In this document: positions 18,716 to 28,189 of the stretch, piece by piece
Layout: each line of letters opens with the position of its first letter
Position numbering within the stretch: the first letter of the stretch is position 1
From: Bacillota bacterium
GTDB taxonomy: Bacteria; Bacillota; Dethiobacteria; DTU022
DNA length: 64,000 nt
Direction of reading: 5' to 3'
Assembly: GCA_046483445.1 (NCBI GenBank)
Contig: JAWODD010000028.1
Location: forward strand, 131,568 to 195,567
Made by a program: the position numbers and the translations under genes
The notes under the pieces: model-generated
What the model was told of the DNA's origin: nothing
What the model saw: only the letters and a program-made list of their open reading frames with translations
Database searches by the model: none

Positions 18716-20404
18716 TTGAGCAAATTGATCAGAGTAGCCCTAGTCATAGAAGGTGAGCATGGAATTGAGCTTTTTAGACTGCTGAGTCAGTGCAGCGAGA
18801 TAAACATGGTGGGGGTAGCCTGCCTTGACCAAAAAACAGAAGGTTTTACCGAGAGTGATAAGAAAAATTATTATATTACTACGGAGTTGGCAAAACTTAT
18901 TTCTCTGCCTGAATTGGAAACTGTGGTTGAAGCTACAGGGAAGCCTGGTGTGGTTGAATATTTAAAAGAAAAGCTCGGAAATGAAGTCAAGTTGGAAGAG
19001 TTAACCGATCGTTCTGTTTTAAATGCGGCAATCAATTCCCGGGAACAGCTTTTGGAAACCCGCCTGGTAAAAGGTGAACTTTTAGCAGTTCTTAATGCTG
19101 TGCAGGACGCTATCGAGGTGGTGGACACAAAAGGGACTGTTAGGTATGTAAACCCGGCTTTTACCCGGGTAACCGGGATTCTTGAAGAAGAAAGGGTTAA
19201 TCAAAATATTTTTGAGGTTTCTCCGCATGGAGCGCTGGCTCAGTCGCTTATCCAGCAAAAACCGGTAACCGGTTACCGCACTTACGTGGGGGGTTCTGAT
19301 GCTGATGTGATTTCCAATGCTTCTCCGATTGTGGTTGACGGGGAACTAATGGGTGCGGTGGTTGTTTTTCAACCGGTTGGTGATATTTTAAAGTTAATGG
19401 ATGAATTGAAATACAGCAACACGGTTATTGATAATCTTTATGCCCAGATTGATCAGCTCTCCGGCCGAGTCAGTTTTGAATCTTTGAATGGACAGAGCAA
19501 GATATTTAAAGCTACCCTGGAAAATGCCCGGAAAGCATCACGCAGTGATGCGGCTGTTTTGATCAGTGGTGAAACCGGAACCGGTAAAAGTTTGTTTGCT
19601 CAGGCCATCCACAATAACAGTTCTCGCAAAAAAAGGCCGTTGATCATGATTGATTGTTCATCTGTGCCTGATTCCTTGCAGGAAATTGAAATATTTGGTT
19701 GTGAAAAAGGGGCGATGCCCGGTATTCTGCGAACCCGTTTGGGCAAAATTGAATTGGCCCAGGGAAGTACTCTGTTCATCAAGGAAGTTAATTCACTTAA
19801 CCCTTATTTGCAGCAGCAGTTCTTAAATGTTTTTGATACACAGAAGTTTAACCGGCTCGGAGGAGATCAGGATATTCCGGTTAACGTTAGGATTATTGCT
19901 TCCGCTTCTGAAGATTTGCTGAGTGCTTGCCTGCAGGGTAATTTTTCTGAAGAACTTTACCGTCGTCTCAGCCAGGTAACCATCAACTTGCCTCCTTTGC
20001 GCAAGCGCTCTGAAGATATACCCCTTCTTGCTGAAGAGTTGATTGGCAACCTGAGCCGTAAGTTGGGCAAAAAGATTAATGAAATATCGCCGCGGGCTAT
20101 GCAGGAGCTTACAGAGTATGAATGGCCGGGCAATATCAGTGAATTGAAAAATGCTATTGAACGAGCGATGGTTATTGCTGAAGGCTCGGTGATTGAGCAT
20201 CACCATTTGGCTCCTTATTTGGGGCGTTTACGGCACCAGGAGGCACCGGCTTTTGATGAAATCATTCCGCTTGATAAAATGGAGGAAAAGATGCTTAAAC
20301 TTGCCCTGACCCGGTACGGTGAATCCTTGGAAGGCAAGAAGAAAGCGGCCCAGGCTTTAAATATTTCCCTGGCCACTTTATATAACAAGTTGAAAAAAAT
20401 TTAG
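18716..20404 (+). CDS. bEBP-like (sigma54-activator-like) transcriptional regulator: N-terminal domain, PAS, AAA+ and Fis-type HTH; the GAFTGA and Walker B motifs are degenerate
   Basis: Walker A GETGTGKS is intact. The GAFTGA position reads FGCEKGAMPGI and the Walker B position reads TLFIKEV (D replaced by K). The C-terminal HTH is AAQALNISLATLYNKL. Confidence 0.8.
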   Translation: MSKLIRVALVIEGEHGIELFRLLSQCSEINMVGVACLDQKTEGFTESDKKNYYITTELAKLISLPELETVVEATGKPGVVEYLKEKLGNEVKLEELTDRSVLNAAINSREQLLETRLVKGELLAVLNAVQDAIEVVDTKGTVRYVNPAFTRVTGILEEERVNQNIFEVSPHGALAQSLIQQKPVTGYRTYVGGSDADVISNASPIVVDGELMGAVVVFQPVGDILKLMDELKYSNTVIDNLYAQIDQLSGRVSFESLNGQSKIFKATLENARKASRSDAAVLISGETGTGKSLFAQAIHNNSSRKKRPLIMIDCSSVPDSLQEIEIFGCEKGAMPGILRTRLGKIELAQGSTLFIKEVNSLNPYLQQQFLNVFDTQKFNRLGGDQDIPVNVRIIASASEDLLSACLQGNFSEELYRRLSQVTINLPPLRKRSEDIPLLAEELIGNLSRKLGKKINEISPRAMQELTEYEWPGNISELKNAIERAMVIAEGSVIEHHHLAPYLGRLRHQEAPAFDEIIPLDKMEEKMLKLALTRYGESLEGKKKAAQALNISLATLYNKLKKI

Positions 20405-20438
20405 CGCTAAATATTTATTGAAGAATGGAGGATGCAGT

Positions 20439-21548
20439 TTGAAATTATACGAACATCTGGGGAAAGAATTGTTTGCGCGGTACGATATTCCGGTGCCCCG
20501 GAGCAAATTGGTTGATAATGCCGATCAGGCCGCTAAAGCTGTAGATGAACTGGGGGAAGTGGTAATTAAGTCCCAGGTGCTTAGTGGTAGGCGGGGTAAG
20601 TCCGGAGGAATTGGTTTTGCTTCAAGCCCCGAGGAGGCTAAAAAAGAAGCGGCCCGGATCTTTGATCTTGAAATTGACGGTTTTTCTACAGAGAAATTGT
20701 TAATTGAAGAAAAAATTAATATCGAGCAGGAGCTTTACCTGGCCCTGGCTATCGACGGGAGCGCTCACCGTCCTGTGGTGCTTGCTTCCCTGGATGGCGG
20801 CATGGATGTAGAGGACGTTCCCGAAGAACGGATGATCAGGTGGCCTGTTGATATAACCATAGGGATGCAGGGTTACATGGCCAGGGAAATCTGCCGCCGT
20901 ATGGGGATTACCGGTAACCTGAAAAAAGAACTGGTTAAGTTATTGCCCAGGCTGTACCGAATGTTCAGGGAATTGGATGCTGAACTGGCCGAGATAAACC
21001 CCCTGGCTTTCACTCCGGACGGGTTGCTTGCTGCCGATGCCAAGGTAACTATTGATGACGACGCCCTTTATCGTCACCAGCAACTGCCGCGAATTACAGA
21101 AAAAACGGCCCTGGAGCTAAAGGCTGAAGAACTTGATTTAGCCTATGTTGAATTAGACGGTGACATCGCGGTGATGGCCAATGGAGCAGGCATCACCATG
21201 GCTACTCTTGATATGGTCCAGCATTACGGTGGAGAACCGGCGAATTTTTTGGATTTTGGGGGAGGGGCAGATATTGAAAAAACATCACAGTCCTTGGAGC
21301 TGTTGTTAGGAACAGACCCCAAAGTCCTTCTAATCAATATTTTTGGCGGAATAACCCGCTGCGATGTAGTGGCGGAGGCTTTTGTGCGGGTTAAACAAAG
21401 TAAAGGAATCGATCTGCCGGTCTCATTCCGCCTGGTTGGCACTAATGAAACGGAAGGCAAAGAAATATTGGAAAAAGAAGGAATAAAAACCTTTAATTCT
21501 ATGGATGAAGCTGTTCGCCATGCTGTCCAATTGAGTAATAGATCATAA
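20439..21548 (+). CDS. sucC: Succinate--CoA ligase (ADP-forming) beta-subunit homologue (ATP-grasp)
   Basis: The N-terminus MKLYEHLGKELF is typical of SucC. A TTG start lies 6 nt after a GGAGGA SD. The gene sits next to a SucD homologue. Confidence 0.75.
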   Translation: MKLYEHLGKELFARYDIPVPRSKLVDNADQAAKAVDELGEVVIKSQVLSGRRGKSGGIGFASSPEEAKKEAARIFDLEIDGFSTEKLLIEEKINIEQELYLALAIDGSAHRPVVLASLDGGMDVEDVPEERMIRWPVDITIGMQGYMAREICRRMGITGNLKKELVKLLPRLYRMFRELDAELAEINPLAFTPDGLLAADAKVTIDDDALYRHQQLPRITEKTALELKAEELDLAYVELDGDIAVMANGAGITMATLDMVQHYGGEPANFLDFGGGADIEKTSQSLELLLGTDPKVLLINIFGGITRCDVVAEAFVRVKQSKGIDLPVSFRLVGTNETEGKEILEKEGIKTFNSMDEAVRHAVQLSNRS

Positions 21549-21605
21549 TTATTCTTAAACAGTGATTATCTGAAGCTATTCCTTAAAGAAAGGGGTATTT
21601 ATTAA

Positions 21606-22481
21606 ATGTCAATATATATCGATAAAAGCACCCGGGTAATTGTGCAGGGAATTACCGGCAGGCAGGGTTCTTTTCATACCGGACAGATGCAGAATTATGG
21701 GACCAATATTGTTGGTGGGGTGTCACCGGGTAAAGGTGGACAATCGGTAGAGGGGGTGCCGGTTTTTGATACCGCTTTTGAGGCGGTAGAAAACCATCCG
21801 GCTGACGCCAGCATTCTTTTTATTCCAGCACCTTTTGCCAAAGATGCGGCCCTGGAAGCTCTTGAAGCTGGAATGAAAATCATAGTTTTAATTCCCGAAA
21901 GTATCCCTCTGCATGATGCTATGGAGATCATGGCTTATGCCCGGCAAAAGGATGCGGTTGTTGTCGGGCCCAATACTTTTGGCCTGGTTTCCTCAGGCAG
22001 TTCCAAAATAGGGATTATGCCCAACCGTTATTTTGTTCCCGGCCCGGTTGGCGTAGTTTCAAGAAGCGGGACTCTTTGCTATGAAATAGTGGGCCACCTG
22101 ACTGAAAATGATATCGGAACCACCACGGTGGTCGGTCTGGGCGGAGACCGGGTGGTCGGTCTTCATTTTATTGATGTGCTTAAAAAATTTGAAGAAGATC
22201 CCGGCACGAAAACAGTAATCCTGGTCGGAGAAATTGGAGGCAGCGCAGAAGAAGAAGCCGCCGCCTATGTTGCTTCTTCAATAAGTAAGCCGGTTGTTGC
22301 CTACCTGGCCGGCAAAAGCGCTCCTCCGGGTAAACGGATGGGTCATGCCGGAGCGATTATTGAAAGAGGGCGGGGGACTTTTGAGAGCAAAGTAGAAGCT
22401 TTGAATGAAGCGGGGGTTAAAGTAGCCGATATCCCTACTGCAGTACCACCGCTGGTCAAGGAGGCTCTCGCTGGAAAGTAA
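21606..22481 (+). CDS. sucD: Succinate--CoA ligase alpha subunit
   Basis: A CoA-binding Rossmann motif VIVQGITGRQG and the catalytic His region ...GHAGAII... are present. Confidence 0.8.
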   Translation: MSIYIDKSTRVIVQGITGRQGSFHTGQMQNYGTNIVGGVSPGKGGQSVEGVPVFDTAFEAVENHPADASILFIPAPFAKDAALEALEAGMKIIVLIPESIPLHDAMEIMAYARQKDAVVVGPNTFGLVSSGSSKIGIMPNRYFVPGPVGVVSRSGTLCYEIVGHLTENDIGTTTVVGLGGDRVVGLHFIDVLKKFEEDPGTKTVILVGEIGGSAEEEAAAYVASSISKPVVAYLAGKSAPPGKRMGHAGAIIERGRGTFESKVEALNEAGVKVADIPTAVPPLVKEALAGK

Positions 22482-22594
22482 ACTGGTGACGAATTGGAAA
22501 AAAAGAGGGGATCATTTTCATTAAAGTTTGTGGCTATAAAACAGGCTGTTTTTCTAAATTATGCCGGTTATATTAATAATTAAAGGAAGGGAGG

Positions 22595-24280
22595 TTGCAG
22601 GTAAAAGTGGATAATCAGAAAGAAAAGGACCGCTTGATTCAGGAAAAGGAAAAATGGCAGGAAAAAGTGAATAAGGCTCTTGAAAAACGACCTGAGCGCA
22701 AGGAATTTAAGCTGGATTCGGGTTTAGAGCTGGAAAGAGTTTATGATCCGCTGCATCTCGAAGGTTTTGATTATCTAAAGCAGCTAAACTGGCCCGGTGA
22801 ATATCCTTACACAAGGGGTATACAGCCTACCATGTACCGCGGAAGATTGTGGACCATGCGTCAGTATGCGGGATTCGGCAGCGCAGAAGAAACCAATGAT
22901 CGTTTCCAATACCTGCTTGAAGAGGGACAGACCGGGTTAAGTGTTGCTTTTGATTTGCCCACCCAGATCGGATATGATTCCGATCATCCATTAGCCAGGG
23001 GGGAAGTAGGAAAAGTTGGGGTGGCCATTGATTCTTTGGCTGATATGGAAATCCTAATGGATAAAATTCCTCTCGATCAGGTCAGTACTTCGATGACAAT
23101 TAATGCCCCGGCGGCTGTTTTGCTGGCAATGTATATGGCTGTAGCTGAAAAACAGGGGATCTCCATGGAAAAACTGAAAGGAACTATTCAAAACGATATT
23201 TTAAAAGAATATGTAGCCAGGGGAACCTACATTTTTCCGCCCCGGGAATCAATGCGCCTGGTAGTGGATATTTTTGATTATGCCGGGAAGAACATTCCCA
23301 GCTGGAATACAATCAGTTTTAGCGGGTATCATATCAGGGAAGCCGGCTCCACTGCTGTTCAGGAGGTAGCTTTTACTCTTAGCAATGCCATTGCTTATGT
23401 GCAGGCTGCCCTGGAAGCGGGACTGGAAATAGATCAATTTGCGCCCAGGCTTTCATTCTTTTTTAATGCTCACTCGAACTTTTTTGAGGAAGTGGCCAAA
23501 TTCAGGGCAGCCAGGAGAATCTGGGCCCGGATTATGAAGGAACGCTTTGGGGCGGAGAATCCACGTTCCCTGATGTTACGGTTCCATACCCAAACGGCCG
23601 GTTCTTCGCTGACTGCCCAGCAGCCCGATGTCAATATTGTCCGGGTTGCCTTCCAGGCATTAAGCGCTGTGCTTGGCGGGACCCAGTCTCTGCACACTAA
23701 TTCTCGTGATGAGGCCTTTGCTTTGCCAAGCGAACAATCTGTTTTATTGGCCCTGCGCACTCAACAGGTGGTGGGTCATGAAATCGGGGTTACCGATACC
23801 GTCGATCCTTTAGGTGGTTCGTACCTTATCGAAAACTTAACCGATCATATTGAAGAAGAAGTCCTTAAATATATTGATCGCATTGATGAGATTGGCGGAG
23901 CTGTGCAAGCGATCGAAAACGGATTTATCCAGCAGGAAATTCAATCCAGCGCTTACCGCTATCAAAAGGAGATTGAAGAGCAAAAACGGGTAGTTGTAGG
24001 AGTCAATCAGTTTACAACCAGCGGAGAGCAGCCGATGGATCTGTTGAAAATGGACCCGGCAACCAGCAAGCGGCAAGTCGAACGGTTAAAAGAAGTTCGG
24101 TTGAGCCGTGACCAGGGGCAGGTTGCTTCCGCCTTGCAAGATCTAAGAAAAGTAGCCCAGTCCGATGAAAACTTAATGCCTTATATTTTCAGTGCGGTTA
24201 AAACATATGCCACCATGGGTGAGATTTGCGGCGCCTTGCGGGACGTTTTTGGTGAATACCAGCAGGAAGTTAATTTATAA
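22595..24280 (+). CDS. Methylmalonyl-CoA mutase, catalytic (TIM-barrel) subunit without a B12 domain
   Basis: 561 aa. ...[26 protein letters not shown]...[13 protein letters not shown]... is the split-type MCM alpha N-terminal domain. Confidence 0.85.
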   Translation: MQVKVDNQKEKDRLIQEKEKWQEKVNKALEKRPERKEFKLDSGLELERVYDPLHLEGFDYLKQLNWPGEYPYTRGIQPTMYRGRLWTMRQYAGFGSAEETNDRFQYLLEEGQTGLSVAFDLPTQIGYDSDHPLARGEVGKVGVAIDSLADMEILMDKIPLDQVSTSMTINAPAAVLLAMYMAVAEKQGISMEKLKGTIQNDILKEYVARGTYIFPPRESMRLVVDIFDYAGKNIPSWNTISFSGYHIREAGSTAVQEVAFTLSNAIAYVQAALEAGLEIDQFAPRLSFFFNAHSNFFEEVAKFRAARRIWARIMKERFGAENPRSLMLRFHTQTAGSSLTAQQPDVNIVRVAFQALSAVLGGTQSLHTNSRDEAFALPSEQSVLLALRTQQVVGHEIGVTDTVDPLGGSYLIENLTDHIEEEVLKYIDRIDEIGGAVQAIENGFIQQEIQSSAYRYQKEIEEQKRVVVGVNQFTTSGEQPMDLLKMDPATSKRQVERLKEVRLSRDQGQVASALQDLRKVAQSDENLMPYIFSAVKTYATMGEICGALRDVFGEYQQEVNL

Positions 24281-24353
24281 ACCGGGGGTTAAGCAAAAGA
24301 TAGGGCAAAACTTTTTAATCAGGATTGGCTGTGAACAAAGGGGGAATGAAAAA

Positions 24354-24758
24354 ATGAGCGATAAACCGCTGCGGGTGCTGGTGGGAAAAATTGGGCTGGA
24401 CGGCCATGATCGCGGGGCGAAAGTAATTGCCCAGGCCCTGCGCGATGCCGGTATGGAAGTGATTTATACAGGCCTGAGGCAAACCCCGGAGCAGATTGTA
24501 GAAACAGCTTTGCAGGAAGATGTGCAGGTAATCGGTTTAAGTATTCTTTCCGGGGCCCACATGCAGCTTCTGCCCCCGGTCTTGGAAATGCTGCGCGAGC
24601 AAGAAAGCCATGATATAATGGTAATCGTTGGCGGGATCATTCCCAAAGAGGATATCGCTTATCTAAAGGAACGGGGAGTAGCGGAAGTGTTTACTCCCGG
24701 CTCTTCAACTGAAGATATTATTAAGTTTATCCGCCAGAAAGTGGAGCAAAACCTTTAA
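24354..24758 (+). CDS. Methylmalonyl-CoA mutase B12-binding subunit
   Basis: There is a DxHxxG motif [11 protein letters not shown]. The ATG at 24354 lies 8 nt after an AAGGGGG SD, so the longer ORF in the track is an upstream artefact. Confidence 0.8.
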   Translation: MSDKPLRVLVGKIGLDGHDRGAKVIAQALRDAGMEVIYTGLRQTPEQIVETALQEDVQVIGLSILSGAHMQLLPPVLEMLREQESHDIMVIVGGIIPKEDIAYLKERGVAEVFTPGSSTEDIIKFIRQKVEQNL

Positions 24759-24774
24759 ATAAGGAGAGATTGCC

Positions 24775-25173
24775 TTGTTTGATAAAATTGATCATATCGG
24801 GATTGCGGTTAGTGACCTGGAAAAAACAATCAGTTTTTACAGGGATCAAATCGGTTTAGATTTTAAAGGGACTGAAGAAGTAGAAGAACAAAAGGTGCGG
24901 GTTGCTTTTTTCCCTGTTGGTGAAAGCAAAATGGAGTTTTTAGAACCCACTGAATCAGGCAGTCCCGTAGGAAAATTTATTGAAAAAAAAGGGGAGGGGG
25001 TTCATCACCTGGCCTTCCACGTTGATGATCTGGAAGCGAAACTTGAACAATTAAAAGCCGAAGGCATTGAATTGATCGATGAAAAACCTCGCTACGGTGC
25101 CGGTGGAGCAAAAATTGCTTTTTTGCATCCCCGATCTACCGGCGGAGTCTTGATTGAATTATGCCAGCGTTAA
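24775..25173 (+). CDS. Methylmalonyl-CoA epimerase (VOC/glyoxalase fold)
   Basis: 132 aa. FDKIDHIGIAV...HHLAF... matches the epimerase. A TTG start lies 8 nt after AAGGAGAG. Confidence 0.8.
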   Translation: MFDKIDHIGIAVSDLEKTISFYRDQIGLDFKGTEEVEEQKVRVAFFPVGESKMEFLEPTESGSPVGKFIEKKGEGVHHLAFHVDDLEAKLEQLKAEGIELIDEKPRYGAGGAKIAFLHPRSTGGVLIELCQR

Positions 25174-25210
25174 TCTTGGATGAATTGCAGCTATATTTTT
25201 AGAGAAAGCG

Positions 25211-26764
25211 GTGACAGCCATGGATGAAAAAAAACTGAAGCATTTAGAAGAAAGGCGCCGCCGGACACTTGCCGGCGGTGGTGAAGAAAGAATTGAAAAG
25301 CAGCATGCGAAGGGTAAATATACAGCCAGGGAGAGGCTGGAAAAACTGCTGGATGAAGGCAGCTTTGTGGAAGTGGGGACTTTTGCCCAGACCGGCCTGG
25401 AAGATGCCAGCGATCTTGAGTTCTCCAATCCCGGTGAAGGAGTGGTTACCGGTTACGGAACCGTGGAAGGGCGCGGTATCTATGTGTATGCCCAGGATTT
25501 CACTGTGGCCGGTGGATCGCTCAGTGAGGTGCACGCTTCTAAAATATGCCGGGTGCTTGATCTGGCCGCTCAAAACGGCACCCCGGTTATCGGCTTGAAC
25601 GACTCGGGAGGGGCCCGGATCCAGGAAGGGGTCTTTGCTCTCGATGGTTACGGCAATATTTTTTACCGGAACACCCGGTGTTCGGGAGTGATCCCCCAAA
25701 TATCGGTAATCATGGGACCATGCGCTGGAGGAGCCGTATATTCACCGGCTATTACTGATTTTATCTTCATGGTGGATCAAACCAGCAATATGTTTATAAC
25801 CGGGCCGCAGGTAATCAAGGCGGTTACCGGTGAAAGTGTTACCCCGGAAGAGCTTGGAGGCGCCACTACTCACAATGAAACCAGCGGGGTAGCTCATTTC
25901 TTTGCCGAAAATGAAGATGATTGCTTTGATCAGATTCGCGAGCTAATCAGTTTTATTCCTTCAAATAACGTTGATGATCCTCCGCTCAAAGAACCGAGGG
26001 AGCCGGAATTAGCACAAAGTGATTTGGATAATCTTTTACCTGACAATCCCAATCGTTCTTACGATGTGCGTGAGGTTATTCAAAGAGTTGTCGATGGCAG
26101 TAAATTAATGGAGGTCCACCGGGGATATGCTCCCAATGCTGTAGTTGGTTTTGCGCGTATAGCCGGCCAAACAGTGGGAGTGATCGCCAATCAACCCCAG
26201 TTTAAATCCGGTTGTTTGGATGTGAGCTCATCTGATAAGATTGCCCGCTTTGTTCGCTTTTGTGACAGCTTTAATTTACCCCTGCTAACATTTGTCGATG
26301 TTCCCGGCTACCTGCCCGGAGTAGAACAGGAATGGGGCGGGGTTATCCGCCACGGAGCCAAGGTGCTTTATGCTTACTCAGAGGCCACGGTACCCAAAAT
26401 GTCGGTAATTTTGCGCAAAGCTTATGGCGGCGCCTATATTGCCATGAGTTCCCGTTCTCTTGGAGGAGATCTCTGCCTGGCCTGGCCTTCGGCGGAAATT
26501 GCCGTCATGGGACCGGAAGGCGCCGTCAATATAGTTAACAAAAAAGAGTTGGAAGGAGCCGATGACAAAGTCCAGAAACGGCAGGAATTAGTGGAAGAAT
26601 ATCGCCACCGGTATGCCAATCCATATATTGCCGCTGCCCGGGGCTGGATTGATGAAGTGGTATTTCCCAGCCACACCCGCGACTATTTAATCAGAGGCTT
26701 GAAAATGATTAGCAACAAGCGGGAACAACGCCTGCCGCGTAAGCATGGCAATATTCCGCTATAA
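25211..26764 (+). CDS. Methylmalonyl-CoA carboxyltransferase (transcarboxylase 12S / propionyl-CoA carboxylase beta-type)
   Basis: 517 aa with both carboxyltransferase N- and C-terminal subdomains. Confidence 0.85.
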   Translation: MTAMDEKKLKHLEERRRRTLAGGGEERIEKQHAKGKYTARERLEKLLDEGSFVEVGTFAQTGLEDASDLEFSNPGEGVVTGYGTVEGRGIYVYAQDFTVAGGSLSEVHASKICRVLDLAAQNGTPVIGLNDSGGARIQEGVFALDGYGNIFYRNTRCSGVIPQISVIMGPCAGGAVYSPAITDFIFMVDQTSNMFITGPQVIKAVTGESVTPEELGGATTHNETSGVAHFFAENEDDCFDQIRELISFIPSNNVDDPPLKEPREPELAQSDLDNLLPDNPNRSYDVREVIQRVVDGSKLMEVHRGYAPNAVVGFARIAGQTVGVIANQPQFKSGCLDVSSSDKIARFVRFCDSFNLPLLTFVDVPGYLPGVEQEWGGVIRHGAKVLYAYSEATVPKMSVILRKAYGGAYIAMSSRSLGGDLCLAWPSAEIAVMGPEGAVNIVNKKELEGADDKVQKRQELVEEYRHRYANPYIAAARGWIDEVVFPSHTRDYLIRGLKMISNKREQRLPRKHGNIPL

Positions 26765-26770
26765 AAACCC

Positions 26771-26799
26771 TTGACATTTTTTTGAGGTATGCTACACTA
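26771..26799 (+). promoter_or_regulatory. Sigma-A promoter TTGACA-N17-TACACT for the arg leader
   Basis: The spacing is a perfect 17 nt. Confidence 0.5.
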
Positions 26800-26804
26800 A
26801 GAAA

Positions 26805-27085
26805 CAATTATATTAATAAATATAACCTGTGATGGGGAGAGTAGCTGTACTGTGGCGGTAAAAGCGAGCCGGAGTTGGTGAAAGTTCGGACCAGAAGCAA
26901 ACAGTGAAGCGCACCTCGGAGGTGGAAGCTGAAGCCGGTAAATCCGGTGGGTAGGTTTTCCCGGTTTTATACCGTTATCAAGGCCGTTTTTCCTGAAAAC
27001 AGTTTGAGGGGATCGGCTTATAGCCGATCAATAAAGGTGGTACCGCGAGCCTCTCGTCCTTTAATGGATGAGAGGCTTTTTGTAT
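26805..27085 (+). ncRNA. T-box riboswitch leader (probably tRNA-Arg-responsive) with an intrinsic terminator
   Basis: The T-box sequence AAAGGTGGTACCGCGAG lies at 27033-27049. The terminator AGCCTCTC...GAGAGGCT followed by TTTTTGT lies at 27048-27084. A perfect stem III hairpin GATCGGCT-tat-AGCCGATC is present. The element sits upstream of argC. Confidence 0.6.
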
Positions 27086-27116
27086 TGGGCTTTTTGTATT
27101 GAAGGAGGAATTAGAA

Positions 27117-28151
27117 ATGGTTGAAGTAGCTGTGCTTGGAGCAACCGGTTATACGGGAGTGGAACTGGTCCGATTATTAAACTCCCATCCTGGGGCAAAA
27201 ACAGTGTTTTTGAGTTCGGAAAGCTATGCCGGCAAAAAAATTAGCGAGGTTCATCCCCAGTTTAACCAGCAGGTGGACCTGCTCCTGGAACCGATGCAGG
27301 TTGATAAAATTCCGGGTAGTGTGGAAGTGGTTTTTTGTGCCCTGCCGCACGGGAAATCTGCGGAGACTGCAGCCGCATTACTAAAGAAAGGTTTTAAAGT
27401 AATTGATTTGAGCGCTGATTTTAGGCTTAGGAAAGCAGAATTGTACCAGGAATGGTATAAGCTTGATCACCCTCAGAAGTCACTGCTCAAAGAAGCGGTC
27501 TACGGTTTACCGGAGCTTTACCGCAGTGAAATTGCCGGCGCGAAGCTGGTAGCCAATCCGGGTTGTTACCCGACCAGCGTCATCTTAGCCCTGGCGCCAC
27601 TATTAAATAATGATCCGGCTTATGCGCATAGTTTAATTATTGATGCCAAATCCGGGGTTTCCGGGGCGGGCAGGGAACCTAAACAGCCCTTTCATTTTCC
27701 TGAATGCAGCGAGAATTTTAAGGCTTACCGGATAGCTGCACACCAGCATACTCCCGAAATTGAACAGGAATTGGGCCTGCTGGCAGGTGAAGCGGTTAAA
27801 CTCACCTTTACCCCTCACCTGGTGCCCATGATCAGAGGAATATTGAGCACTATTTATAGCGGGGTTAACCAGTCAACACTTGAGCCTGAGTTAACCGGCC
27901 TCTACAGCGATTATTACGATCAGTGCCCCTTTGTCAGAGTTTTGAAGCCTCCGGCGCTGCCAGAAACTCGCCTGGTCCGCGGCAGCAATTACTGTGACCT
28001 TGCATTGAGGGTGGATCAAAGGACAGGCAGACTGATTATCATCTCTGCCATTGACAATTTGGTTAAGGGAGCGGCCGGACAGGCGGTGCAAAATATGAAC
28101 ATCATGTTTAATTTGGAAGAAGAGCTAGGCCTTGGCGGCCTTTCCTGTTAA
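27117..28151 (+). CDS. argC: N-acetyl-gamma-glutamyl-phosphate reductase
   Basis: MVEVAVLGATGYTG is typical. The ATG at 27117 lies 8 nt after GAAGGAGG. Confidence 0.85.
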   Translation: MVEVAVLGATGYTGVELVRLLNSHPGAKTVFLSSESYAGKKISEVHPQFNQQVDLLLEPMQVDKIPGSVEVVFCALPHGKSAETAAALLKKGFKVIDLSADFRLRKAELYQEWYKLDHPQKSLLKEAVYGLPELYRSEIAGAKLVANPGCYPTSVILALAPLLNNDPAYAHSLIIDAKSGVSGAGREPKQPFHFPECSENFKAYRIAAHQHTPEIEQELGLLAGEAVKLTFTPHLVPMIRGILSTIYSGVNQSTLEPELTGLYSDYYDQCPFVRVLKPPALPETRLVRGSNYCDLALRVDQRTGRLIIISAIDNLVKGAAGQAVQNMNIMFNLEEELGLGGLSC

Positions 28152-28189
28152 CAGTATTTTATTTAAAGCCTGGAAAGGTTAGTTTAAGT

